From Myxococcaceae bacterium (GTDB lineage: Bacteria; Myxococcota; Myxococcia; Myxococcales; Myxococcaceae): a stretch of 64,000 nucleotides of DNA. The position numbers and the translations under genes were made by a program. Numbering within the stretch: the stretch's first letter is position 1; every line of letters starts with the position of its first letter. The stretch lies in assembly GCA_044223505.1 (NCBI GenBank), contig JBGALX010000012.1:90174-154173 (forward strand). Direction: 5' to 3'. Positions 39,998 to 52,338 of the stretch are shown here, in pieces. The notes below the pieces were generated by a model. It saw nothing but the letters and a program-made list of their open reading frames with translations. It was not told the DNA's origin and made no database searches.

Positions 39998-40822
39998 ATG
40001 GAGCCGCTCAACCTGAAAGGCCGCTACACCCTCGTCACCGGCGCCTCGGCCGGCCTCGGGCGCGAGATGGCCAAAGAGATCGCGAAGGCCCACGGCGGCA
40101 ACCTCGTGCTCGTCGCCCGCCGCAGAGAGCGCCTCGAAGAGCTCGCCCGAGAGGTCGAGGCCCACGGCGTCAAGGCCGCCTGCATCGCCGCCGACTTGTC
40201 GAAGCCCGACGACGTCGAGCGCGTGTTCCGCGAGTCGACCGACGGCCGCGACATCTACGCCGCCATCTTGAACGCCGGAGTCACCTACTTCGGCCACCAC
40301 CTCGAGCTGCCGCGCTCCGAGGCGCAGGCGCTGCTCGCCACCAACCTCTACAGCGTGCTCGAGCTCAGCCAGAGCTTCCTGCAGCACCAGCTCGCGAAGG
40401 CGCCCGGCGGCGGCGTCATGGTCGTGAGCTCGGTCGCCGGCACGATGCCGACGCCGTACCAGGCGCTCTACTCGGGCACGAAGGCGTTCTTGAACACGTG
40501 GGGCGTCGCGCTCGCCGAAGAGCTGCGGGGAAAAGACGTGTCGTTCACCGTCTTCGCGCCCGGCGGCATCGCGACCGAGATGGGCGAGAAGTCGGGCACC
40601 GCCCGCAAGTTCAAGAAGGGCGACGTCGGCATGATGGACGCCGACGTCTGCGCCCGCGCCGCGCTGTCGGCGTTCATTCGCCGAAAGCGCTGGGTCGTGC
40701 CCGGCGCGCTGAACGTGCTGAACGGCCTCTTGATGCGCTTCGTGCCGACGGCCACGCAGGCGTCGGTGGTCGCGGGGCTGTTCAAGAGCGCGGTGCTGCC
40801 CGCGGGCCAGAAGCAGGGCTAG
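39998..40822 (+). CDS. SDR-family oxidoreductase.
   Basis: TLVTGASAGLGREMA, NAG and YSGTKAF catalytic motif. Confidence 0.9.
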   Translation: MEPLNLKGRYTLVTGASAGLGREMAKEIAKAHGGNLVLVARRRERLEELAREVEAHGVKAACIAADLSKPDDVERVFRESTDGRDIYAAILNAGVTYFGHHLELPRSEAQALLATNLYSVLELSQSFLQHQLAKAPGGGVMVVSSVAGTMPTPYQALYSGTKAFLNTWGVALAEELRGKDVSFTVFAPGGIATEMGEKSGTARKFKKGDVGMMDADVCARAALSAFIRRKRWVVPGALNVLNGLLMRFVPTATQASVVAGLFKSAVLPAGQKQG

Positions 40823-41024
40823 CGCCGCGGCGGTCGCGCCTACAAGGGCACGTCTACGCTGGTGCCCTACTATCGGGCCATGTTCGCCTTCCTCGAGCGC
40901 CTCGACCCGTCGCGCTGAGCGCAGGGGGCGCGTCGACCTCTGAGCGACTTCTTCAGGTGTTTGCGTGCGGCGACGACGGCACCTCGCCGCCCAGGTCTCA
41001 GCGACCTGACGAACCGGGCTCCCG

Positions 41025-42845
<1,821 letters not shown>

Positions 42846-42965
42846 CGGGGTCCTCCCCTTACCCTCGGTGTGGTGCGCGCGTCGATGGGGGACCCCGGCC
42901 AGCGTCTCGAACACGCGCCGCCGGCCATCAGCCTGATCTACCGAACCTCAAGGTACTCAGGCCCG

Positions 42966-43489
42966 ATGGCGGGAAGCCAAGCCGCGTGCGCCGTGAGCGT
43001 GAAGCGGCTGTCTGCCTGCGCGATGCTCATCTGGCTCGCGGCCTGCTCGAGCGACAAGCGACCGCCCGACCACCCGGTCACTCCCGAGAATCACCCCTTC
43101 TTCCCCATCACGCCGGGGGCCGTTCACGAGCTCGGCAGGGTAACGGCCGGCGCGGCCATGAGCTGCGAGTCGTGCCACCCCGCGAGCAGCGAGTCGTTCA
43201 CCGACATCGTCTGCCTCGACTGCCACACGCACCGAAGGGCGTGACCGACCGCCTGCACCAGACGACCGCCGACTACGCCTACGAGAGCAAGGCCTGCTAC
43301 CGCTGCCACCCCGCCTCCGACCACCCGCCGTACGACCACGCGGGCGCTGGCCCTCGCGCAGCCGACCTCGGGCTGCAACGCACCACCTACGCGCAGCGCT
43401 GGCGCTTCAAGCACCCGAGCGAGAACACGCAGAACGTCACGTGCTGCATGTGCCACGACCAGAAGTCACCGGGCGTCTGCAAGAACTGA
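42966..43489 (+). CDS. Tetraheme c-type cytochrome lipoprotein, interrupted by an apparent -1 frameshift near 43235.
   Basis: MAGSQAACAVSVKRLSACAMLIWLAACSS lipobox. The first frame carries SCESCHP and CLDCHTH. The frame then shifts after CACACGCACC(C)GAAGG, a likely C homopolymer. The second frame carries ACYRCHP and CCMCHDQ, with high GC3 in each frame only on its own side of the shift. The track splits this gene across the tails of two junk ORFs. Confidence 0.55.
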
Positions 43490-43514
43490 CCGGCGCAGGC
43501 TAAAAGCGCCCGGC

Positions 43515-45140
<1,626 letters not shown>

Positions 45141-45205
45141 GCGACCGGCTTCACTTCACCGCGCGCTCGACGACGTCGATGTACAGGCTGTCGGGGTAGC
45201 GGGCC

Positions 45206-45514
45206 TTGAACGCCGCCGCGCGCGGTCGCGTCGGCCTTGCGCCCGAGGCGAGCGAGCGCCTGAATCGCGGCGCGCCACAGGCGGCACGTGCACGGCGTCG
45301 GGCGGCGAGTGCCGGAGCGAGCTGCACGCTCACCGCCGACGTCGACTACCCGTGCCGGCCCGACCTGTACTGCACGGCCACGACGGCGAGCCCGTCGGGC
45401 ACCTGCGCGCCGAAGAAGCCGCGCGCTGCGAGCTGTGCCTCGCCCGTCGGTTGCCTGAGCGCGCAGTGCGTGATGGGCAGCTGCACGGCGCCGACGTACT
45501 GCTACGTGCCGTGA
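45206..45514 (+). pseudogene. Fragment of a small Dickkopf-N-like Cys-rich secreted protein (C-terminal part, upstream part frameshifted).
   Basis: ...SCTLTADVDYPCRPDLYCTATTASPSGTCAPKKPRAASCASPVGCLSAQCVMGSCTAPTYCYVP*. A second frame just upstream reads GGTCTASGGECRSE with high GC3. No intact N-terminus or signal peptide was found. Confidence 0.3.
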
Positions 45515-45515
45515 G

Positions 45516-46637
45516 CTACTTCCGCGCGACGGCGCGCTGGCGCAGGTCGAGGTCGTAGAGCTCGTACTCGAACGGGGCGACGGCGTTCATCGCGCCGTCG
45601 ATGAAGACGAGGCGGTCATCGTCTGCGCAGCCCATGTGGTACTTCGCCGACGGGCCCTCGACCTTGATGCCGCGCAGCACGCCGGGCTCTGCGGGCTTGC
45701 GCTCGACCCAGTTGCCGAAGAGCTTGCGGCACTTCATGTCGTTGATGTGCCCGATGACCTGCACGATGCCGTCGGGCAGCGAGCGCGGGTCGTAGCGACG
45801 GCGCTCGTTGGGGTCGATCTTGCTGACGTGGGGGTTCGCGGGCCGGTGCACGAGAATGCCGCGCGCCTCGCCGTGGGTCGCCGAGCCCGGCACGTCGAGC
45901 GGCGACAGGTCGAGCGGCCCCTGACCGCCCCAGCGCGTCACGCGAGCGTCGAGAAAGGCGTTGAGCGCGCTCGCGATGGCGACGGCGTCGTGGGTGGGCG
46001 CCGGCCTCAACAGCTCGAGGTCTTCGTTGGTGACGCCGGCGTGCACGAGCAGCAGCTCGGCGTTCGCCGCGACCGCGAGCCGCACGCGCCTGGCCATGAG
46101 CAGCCGCGTCACGAGCGAGCGCTGCCGCTCGTCGAAGCACGAGTAGTCGTGCGCGATGACCGCCGGGCTCGCGAGCGTCGGGTACTTCGACTGGAAGCTC
46201 GCCGTCTTCTTCGCGTCCTCGAGCGCGGCGTCGGCGCGCACCTGCGCCTCGGCGTACTGCGCGTTCGAGAAGCCCGAGAGCTCTCGCACGCGCGCGAGGT
46301 CGTGGTTGCCCACGATGATCTGCACCTGATCCGGCGGGTGCGCCGCCAGCCACGACAGAATGCGCAGCCCGTCTTCCTTCGCGGTCGCCCGCTCCTCGGG
46401 GCGGCCCCAGTCGAAGTGGTCGCCCAGCGACACGAGGCTCACGTCGGGCTTGAGCCGCCCGTCTTCACCGAGCAGCCCGTTCAGGTCGAGCACCCGGAGG
46501 AACTGCGACAGCGACGCCTGCGGGTCGCCGACGGCCACCTTGTACGCGCGCGGCACGTGGTCCGAGGCCCGCATCGTGAGGTTGTTCGCGTCTTCCTTGG
46601 CGCGAGCCTGCGCTGCGATGAAGCACCGGTCGGACAT
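45516..46637 (-). CDS. Calcineurin-like metallophosphoesterase.
   Basis: LGDHFDWG (GD.(.)D.G) and GNHDLARV (GNH(D/E)) motifs. Confidence 0.8.
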   Translation of the reverse strand: MSDRCFIAAQARAKEDANNLTMRASDHVPRAYKVAVGDPQASLSQFLRVLDLNGLLGEDGRLKPDVSLVSLGDHFDWGRPEERATAKEDGLRILSWLAAHPPDQVQIIVGNHDLARVRELSGFSNAQYAEAQVRADAALEDAKKTASFQSKYPTLASPAVIAHDYSCFDERQRSLVTRLLMARRVRLAVAANAELLLVHAGVTNEDLELLRPAPTHDAVAIASALNAFLDARVTRWGGQGPLDLSPLDVPGSATHGEARGILVHRPANPHVSKIDPNERRRYDPRSLPDGIVQVIGHINDMKCRKLFGNWVERKPAEPGVLRGIKVEGPSAKYHMGCADDDRLVFIDGAMNAVAPFEYELYDLDLRQRAVARK

Positions 46638-46741
46638 CGCGGCGCACTCTACTCCGCGCCAACGCGTGCGCGACGCGCTTCCGCGAGGTTCGTTCGCGGC
46701 TGCACGGCACACGCTCCACTCCCGCGAGCCCGGGGAATAGA

Positions 46742-48415
46742 GTGTGTCGAGTGACCGCGGTGACAGAGACGGTCGAGCGCGCGATCGTCTTCGAAGAGGC
46801 CTCCGGCTACCGCCAGACCAGCGCGGCGCGGTGCCTCGACATGTGCGTGTCGGCGCTCGACGACGCCCTCGTGCAGATCGACCTCGGGCTGCGCAAGTCG
46901 GGGCCCGTGCTCTTCGTCATCTTCCGCCTGCGCGAAGACGCCTTCGCCGACGGCCACCACGCCGCCATCACCAACGCAGGCGAGCACGCCGGCGGCCGCG
47001 TCGTCTCGCTCACCGAGCTCGAGTATCAGGAGCGCGGCGCCTTCTTGAGCCGCTTCTCCGAGTGCGACCTGCAGCGGCTCGGGCTGCTCCCGGCGGCGGC
47101 CCTCGAGGCGCTCGACGAGCTCTCGGCCCAGGTGCCCGAGCGCCGCGCCGACGTGCGGCACCCCATCGACGCTCCGGCCGTCGTCACCGCCGGCGACCAG
47201 CGGGTGTCGGGCGAGCTCCAGAACCTCTCGGGGGGCGGAGCGCTGTTTCAGCCGCGCACGGCGCCTCCGGTGCTGCACCAGACGGTCGAGCTCGAGGCGA
47301 AGCTGCCGACGGGCGACGTGAAGGTGCCCGCCACGGTGGTGAGCGTCTCTGAGAAGGGCGTCTCGCTGCAGTTCGCCGCCGAGGCTCGGCCCCAGGTGAC
47401 CGAGAAGCTCAGCGCGCTGCCGGCGCCGAAGCTCGAGTCGAGCCTCACGGTCGACGCGCTCGTGGCCGCCCCACCGGCGCCCGCGGCGGCGGCCAAGAGC
47501 TCAGGCGAGGTCGAGCGCGTGGGCCCGTACGAGGTGCTCGGCCTGCTCGGCGCCGGAGCGACGGGCCTGGTGCACTTCGCGCGGGCCACGACGGGCAGGC
47601 TCTCGGGTCAGCTCGTCGCGCTCAAGCGGCTCGACGCGAGGCGCGCGAAAGACCCGGCGGTGGTGCGGGCCTTCGAGGCCGAGGCCGCGACGCTGGGCCG
47701 GCTCAAGCACCCGAACATCATTCGCGTGCTCGACTCGGGCGTCATCGACGGCCAGCACTGCCTCGTCACCGAGCTGGTCGAGGGCTACGACCTGTCGCAG
47801 CTCATCAAGCGCTACCGCGCGCGCGGCCAGCAGTTCCCCGTCGAGGTCGCGTGCTACCTCGTGAAGGGCCTGCTCGACGCGTTGTCGGCGGTGCACGGCG
47901 CGCACGACGCGTCGCCCGCGAAGCTGCCGCTCGTTCACGGCGACGTCTCGCCGCACAACGTGTTCGTCTCGAAGGCGGGCGCGGTGAAGCTCGGCGACTT
48001 CGGCCTCGCCGGGCACGGCAGCGAGAGCGCCTCGTGGAAGCAGCGCCGCCTCACGTACCTCGCGCCCGAGGCCCTCGACGGAGTCTTCTCGCCGTCGGTC
48101 GACCTCTGGGCCGCGGCCGTCACGCTGTACGAGCTGCTCACGCTCGAGCCGCCGTTCGCGGGAGCCTCGGTCGAGGCGCTGACCGCGGCGGTGCGCAGCA
48201 GCAAGGCGGCGCCTCTGCGCGAGCGGCGCGCCGAGTGCTCGGGCCCGCTCGAGGCGCTCTTGCGCTCGGCGCTCGAGAGAGACCCGGCGCTGCGGCCGGC
48301 GTCCGCGAGAGACTTCGTCGACAAGCTCTCGGTGCACTTTCACCCCGTTCGGGCGCCGCGGCAGCTGCCCGACGTGCTGCGCGCCGGAGCGCCGAAGCCG
48401 GCCGCGGCGAAGTGA
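46742..48415 (+). CDS. PilZ-domain-containing Ser/Thr protein kinase.
   Basis: An N-terminal roughly 130-aa unknown domain. Then a PilZ domain (RADVRHPIDAPAVV...GELQNLSGGGALFQ...VKVPATVVSV). Then a Pkinase domain (ALKRL, HGDVSPHNVFV, DFGLA, APE). A GGGGAA Shine-Dalgarno lies before the GTG start. Confidence 0.85.
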   Translation: MCRVTAVTETVERAIVFEEASGYRQTSAARCLDMCVSALDDALVQIDLGLRKSGPVLFVIFRLREDAFADGHHAAITNAGEHAGGRVVSLTELEYQERGAFLSRFSECDLQRLGLLPAAALEALDELSAQVPERRADVRHPIDAPAVVTAGDQRVSGELQNLSGGGALFQPRTAPPVLHQTVELEAKLPTGDVKVPATVVSVSEKGVSLQFAAEARPQVTEKLSALPAPKLESSLTVDALVAAPPAPAAAAKSSGEVERVGPYEVLGLLGAGATGLVHFARATTGRLSGQLVALKRLDARRAKDPAVVRAFEAEAATLGRLKHPNIIRVLDSGVIDGQHCLVTELVEGYDLSQLIKRYRARGQQFPVEVACYLVKGLLDALSAVHGAHDASPAKLPLVHGDVSPHNVFVSKAGAVKLGDFGLAGHGSESASWKQRRLTYLAPEALDGVFSPSVDLWAAAVTLYELLTLEPPFAGASVEALTAAVRSSKAAPLRERRAECSGPLEALLRSALERDPALRPASARDFVDKLSVHFHPVRAPRQLPDVLRAGAPKPAAAK

Positions 48416-48416
48416 G

Positions 48417-49358
48417 TCACGCCGCGAGCGCGCAGGCCATCATGCGCGCCATCGAGCCGAGCGTCTCGGCGTGAGCCTCGGTGAACGCGCGCGGCTCGAC
48501 GGCCTCGCTGTCGAGCACGCCGACGACGTCGCCGGCGACGAGCACCGGCACGGCGAGCGCCGAGCGGGCCTCGCGCGGCTCTGCGAGGCGGCAGCGGCGA
48601 TCGATGCGGGTGTCGTCGACGCGCTGCACGCGGCCCTCGTTCGCGGCGGTGCCTGCGACGCCCTGGCCGACGGGCAGCAGGCGCGGCTCGGTGAGCGTGC
48701 GCGGCTCGGGGCAGCTCGACCCGTAGCCGGCGACCTGGCGCAGCATCGAGCCGTCGCGGCGAAAGACCACGACCTCGGCGAACTGCAGCGCGATGCCGGC
48801 GCACTCGGCGATCTGCCAGGCGAGCTGGGCGAAGCGGTCGTCGCGGCCGCCGGCCTGCACCGAGAGCTGGTAGCCGGCGCCGCGGCGCGTGCGCAGGGCC
48901 TCGGGGTCGCCGAGCTTCTCTCGCAGGCGCAGCACCACCTTCGCGGCGCCGCCCTTCGACGACAACAGCTCGGTCGGAGCGACGACGCCGCCGTTCGCGC
49001 GCGCGAGCTTCTCGAGCACCTCGGTCTCGAGCGTCGTGAGGCACAGCTCGAGGCCGTCTCGCTCGACGGTGCCGCGGCCGAGGTCGACCCTGGCGCGGCC
49101 GATCTGCAGCACGGCGCCTCCGGCACGCGCGCCCCAGCGGTAGCCGCCGGCGTGAACGGTGTGCAGCCACTTCGGCCGCGACGGGTCAGGCTCGATCTTC
49201 TTGCGCAGCCGCGCGACGGCGGTGTCGATGGCGCGGAGGAACGGGTCATCGCTGCTCAGCCCCAGCCGCAGAGCGAGCGCGTCGCGGCTCATCGTCTGGC
49301 CTTCGTGTTCCTTCAGCACTGCGAGCAGCTGATGTTCCCGTGGAGTGAGCTCGTACAT
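48417..49358 (-). CDS. Transcriptional regulator: OmpR/PhoB-type winged-helix DNA-binding domain fused to a C-terminal GAF domain.
   Basis: LTPREHQLLAVLKEHEGQTMSRDALALRL...GYRW gives the trans_reg_C winged helix. The C-terminus looks GAF-like (GQGVAGTAANEGRVQRV...). The 5-prime end of the gene is unusually AT-rich. Confidence 0.7.
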   Translation of the reverse strand: MYELTPREHQLLAVLKEHEGQTMSRDALALRLGLSSDDPFLRAIDTAVARLRKKIEPDPSRPKWLHTVHAGGYRWGARAGGAVLQIGRARVDLGRGTVERDGLELCLTTLETEVLEKLARANGGVVAPTELLSSKGGAAKVVLRLREKLGDPEALRTRRGAGYQLSVQAGGRDDRFAQLAWQIAECAGIALQFAEVVVFRRDGSMLRQVAGYGSSCPEPRTLTEPRLLPVGQGVAGTAANEGRVQRVDDTRIDRRCRLAEPREARSALAVPVLVAGDVVGVLDSEAVEPRAFTEAHAETLGSMARMMACALAA

Positions 49359-49368
49359 ACCTTCATTA

Positions 49369-49384
49369 TTGTACGGACGTACAA
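49369..49384. promoter_or_regulatory. 16-bp palindrome TTGTACG-GA-CGTACAA immediately upstream of, or overlapping, the regulator start. Candidate operator.
   Basis: 7-bp perfect arms with a 2-bp spacer inside the only AT-rich island of this region (about 49330-49440). Confidence 0.4.
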
Positions 49385-49488
49385 AGTTGTGCTTACGCAG
49401 ATCGGCCCCAAGCACATGAGAATCGGGGTTTTGTGGCTCTACCGGTCACACCCGGCCGCAAAGGTGTGACTGCGCCGGTCACGTCGCC

Positions 49489-50304
49489 TCAGCGCGCTGT
49501 GGCCACGGACCCTTCGTACTCGTCGTCGTACTGGCGCGGGTACGTGCGGGGCCAGACGATGCGCTCGAACGGCTGCACGGCGAGCGTCAGCACGCCCTCG
49601 AAGCCGCGCGGGCCGTACAGCGCGGGCGTGAGGGCGGTGAGCTCGAAGTAGACGAGCTGCATCGTGAAGCGAGCGCCGAGGGCTCCGCGGAGCTGCTGGC
49701 CGTGGCCCGCGGTCGCGCGCAGCTCGGCGGTGAACGAGAGGAAGCGCCACGGCGCGACGCTGAGCCCGCTCGTCACGTCGACGGCCGTGCCGAAGAGCCA
49801 CGCCCCGTCTTCGCTTCGCTCGTAGAAGCCGGGCGTGACGGCGACGCGCGCGTGCACCGCGGCGTAGCGAAAGGCGAGCAGCCCGTCGACGCCGAGCGAG
49901 CCGCCGGCGCGGCGCGAGGTGCCGAACGCCGGCAGCAGCGCCTGGAGGTCGAAGCCCACCGCGAGGTGCTCGGGCTCGAGCGGCGCCTGCCACGCGACGC
50001 CGAAGCGCACGGGGCCCGGCTGCTCGAAGCTCACGAACGCCTCGGCGCGCTTGCGTGAGCGCCACGAGACGAACGCGCCGCCGCCGTAGGCGAGGTGCTG
50101 CTCGACGGCGCCGGTGACCGCGGCCTCGGTGCGCAGGCACGCGCGGTGGGCGCCGCTCGCGCGCAGGGGGCCGTAGAGCTCGGGCGGCGTCTCACCCTCG
50201 AAGCACGGAGCGCCGTCGTCGAGGAAGTCGTCTTCGAGCGCGAGCGCAGTGCTCGAGACGATGACTGCGAGCACGACAGCGCCGCGGGTCACGGGCTTCT
50301 TCAC
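49489..50304 (-). CDS. Exported hypothetical protein, possibly a beta-barrel outer-membrane protein.
   Basis: Signal peptide MKKPVTRGAVVLAVIVSSTALA. Alternating hydrophobic beta-strand-like pattern. Confidence 0.6.
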   Translation of the reverse strand: MKKPVTRGAVVLAVIVSSTALALEDDFLDDGAPCFEGETPPELYGPLRASGAHRACLRTEAAVTGAVEQHLAYGGGAFVSWRSRKRAEAFVSFEQPGPVRFGVAWQAPLEPEHLAVGFDLQALLPAFGTSRRAGGSLGVDGLLAFRYAAVHARVAVTPGFYERSEDGAWLFGTAVDVTSGLSVAPWRFLSFTAELRATAGHGQQLRGALGARFTMQLVYFELTALTPALYGPRGFEGVLTLAVQPFERIVWPRTYPRQYDDEYEGSVATAR

Positions 50305-50873
50305 GACGCGGCTGCGTCGACCTCGGTGAGGAGCTTCGACCAGCGCTCGAGCCTGGCGTCCGTCGCGCCGACGATCTCCACGAGCGCGGTCTGAACGTAT
50401 CCACGGTCGAACGCGGGGCCCGTCGCGGCGACGAGACGCTCTACGTCAATGAGGTCCTTCGCTCGGAAGAAGAGCAACTTCATGACACAGAGGTCTTCGG
50501 GCGACAGAAACCACGCCGGGCGGCCCTCGAGGGGCGCGCGACGAATGCGCCGCTGCATCGAGTCATAGAACGGAATGCTCGGCACGAAGACATCGACGCG
50601 CATCGGCCCGAGCCATGCCTGGAAGTCGCCACGGTCGGCCGCCTGCGACCGCGCAGCGTTGGCGTCGAGCGAGCAACCCGCCTGCACGAGCACGCCGAAG
50701 ACCGTGTCCAGCCCTGGCGGCTCGACGAAGACGTCGAGGTCGACGTCCTTCGTGGCGCGTGGAAAGCCCCATACGCCGAGAGCGAGAGCTCCGCCGATGG
50801 CGTACGGCACGCCGCGAGCTTCGAGCAGGTCGGCGAGCCGTCGTGCGAGCTCTGGCGCGCTCGGGCCGCTCAC
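50301..50873 (-). CDS. Nucleotidyltransferase (Pol-beta superfamily) domain protein.
   Basis: GGALALGVWGFPRATKDVDLDVFV gives the G[GS]...D.D nucleotidyltransferase motif. A GTG start overlaps the stop of the upstream small ORF (GTGA). Confidence 0.6.
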   Translation of the reverse strand: MSGPSAPELARRLADLLEARGVPYAIGGALALGVWGFPRATKDVDLDVFVEPPGLDTVFGVLVQAGCSLDANAARSQAADRGDFQAWLGPMRVDVFVPSIPFYDSMQRRIRRAPLEGRPAWFLSPEDLCVMKLLFFRAKDLIDVERLVAATGPAFDRGYVQTALVEIVGATDARLERWSKLLTEVDAAAS

Positions 50874-51115
50874 GGCTTCCGGGCTCGTGCCAGGAGCTCT
50901 TTCCACAGGGCGAGGCTCTCGGGCGAGCGCTTGTCTTCCCACGCCCATGCCTTCGCTGGATTCGGGCTCGCCTCGATGGCGTCTCGGGCCCAGCGGCACA
51001 GCTCACTCAGAGCTCGAGCCAGCTCCTCGGGGCTCATGCCGGCATAGGGCGCGACGTCTTCGCGGATGGCGTCCCGATCGCTGCGTTGCCGCAGAGAGGC
51101 TGGGAGCTTCGTCAT
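50870..51115 (-). CDS. Small helical protein (81 aa) translationally coupled to the nucleotidyltransferase. Candidate cognate partner.
   Basis: MTKLPASLRQRSDRDAIREDVAPYAGMSPEELARALSELCRWARDAIEA... The start is trimmed so it does not overlap the divergent MoxR-family gene. Confidence 0.45.
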   Translation of the reverse strand: MTKLPASLRQRSDRDAIREDVAPYAGMSPEELARALSELCRWARDAIEASPNPAKAWAWEDKRSPESLALWKELLARARKP

Positions 51116-51168
51116 GTCCCGATCTTGTTCGTTCAGGCGTCGTGCCGCAATCGCGTAGTCTCGCCGCG

Positions 51169-52314
51169 ATGTCACCGGAGCTCCAGTCCGCCGCGACCTC
51201 GTTGCAGAAGGCGCTCGCCGCCGCGTCGCAATCGCTCGTCGAGCGCGAAGCCGTCGTTCAGCTCGTCGGCCTGTGCGCCGTGGCGTCCGAGCACCTGCTC
51301 GTCATCGGCCCGCCGGGCACCGCGAAGTCAGAGGCCGTGCGCCGCGTCGCGCGCGCCCTCGGAGGTCACTACTTCGAGTACCTGCTCGGCCGCTTCACCG
51401 AGCCCTCCGAGGTGTTCGGGCCCGTCGACCTGAAGCGGCTCAAAGAGGGCGTGGTCGAGACGCAGACCGACGGCATGCTGCCCGAGGCCGACATCGCCTT
51501 TCTCGACGAGGTGTTCCTCGGCTCGACGGCGATTCTGAACACGCTGCTCGGCATCTTGAACGAGCGCACCTTCCGCCGCGGGCACACGCGCATGACCTGC
51601 CCGCTGCGCGTCTGCGTCGGTGCGTCGAACGCGCTGCCGCAAGACGACATGCTCGGAGCGTTCGCCGACCGCTTCCTCGCGCGCATCTTCCTCACGTCGC
51701 TGCCCGACGCGCGGCTCGAAGAGCTGCTCGGCGGAGGCTGGGCGCTCGAGCAGAAGCCCCTCGAGCACCACGCGACGCTCGCGGACCTCTCGCTGCTCGC
51801 CGACGCGGCGCGAACGGTCGACGTGACGTCGGTGCGCGGGCCGCTCGCGCACTGCGTGCGGCTCTTGCGGCAGGCGGGCATTCACCTCACCGACCGGCGC
51901 GTGGTGCGGGTGCAGCGGCTGGTGGCGGCGGCGGCGATTCTCGCGGGCCGCATGCGGGCGACCGAGGCCGACCTGTGGCCGCTGCTCTACGCGGTGCCGA
52001 CGGCCGACGCTCAAGTGCTCGCGCGCGAGGTGCTGCACGACGTGCTGAAGGCGTCCGAGAACGCAGCGCTGCCGGCGGCGGCAGAAGAGGCGTCGCAGGG
52101 GCCGCTCGCGAGGGCGCACCGGCTCGCAGGCGCGGCGGGGCAACTGCTCGACGCGCCGCCCGAGAAGAGCGACGTGGCCGCGACGCAGGCGTGGCGCCTG
52201 AAGCTCGAGGGCGTGGCGCGCGAGATGGATGCGGGCTTCCCTCCAGAGCAGCTGCCCGAGGCGCTCAAAGCGCTGCGGCAGAGAATCGTCGACGCCACGA
52301 CGTCAGAGCCATGA
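51169..52314 (+). CDS. RavA-like MoxR-family AAA+ ATPase (AAA module only, no LARA domain).
   Basis: LLVIGPPGTAKSEAVRRVA...YFEYLLGRFTEPSEVFGPVDL...EADIAFLDEVFLGSTAILNTLLGILNERTFRRG closely parallels the RavA N-terminal module as recalled from memory. Confidence 0.8.
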   Translation: MSPELQSAATSLQKALAAASQSLVEREAVVQLVGLCAVASEHLLVIGPPGTAKSEAVRRVARALGGHYFEYLLGRFTEPSEVFGPVDLKRLKEGVVETQTDGMLPEADIAFLDEVFLGSTAILNTLLGILNERTFRRGHTRMTCPLRVCVGASNALPQDDMLGAFADRFLARIFLTSLPDARLEELLGGGWALEQKPLEHHATLADLSLLADAARTVDVTSVRGPLAHCVRLLRQAGIHLTDRRVVRVQRLVAAAAILAGRMRATEADLWPLLYAVPTADAQVLAREVLHDVLKASENAALPAAAEEASQGPLARAHRLAGAAGQLLDAPPEKSDVAATQAWRLKLEGVAREMDAGFPPEQLPEALKALRQRIVDATTSEP

Positions 52315-52338
52315 GCGTGAGCGCGTGAAGGGCGGCGC

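Noticed and set aside
45151-45333. 60-aa minus ORF in the gap after the DUF2330 gene.
   Set aside because: Weak codon bias and no Shine-Dalgarno. The region is better explained as the frameshifted remains of the plus-strand Cys-rich Dickkopf-like gene.
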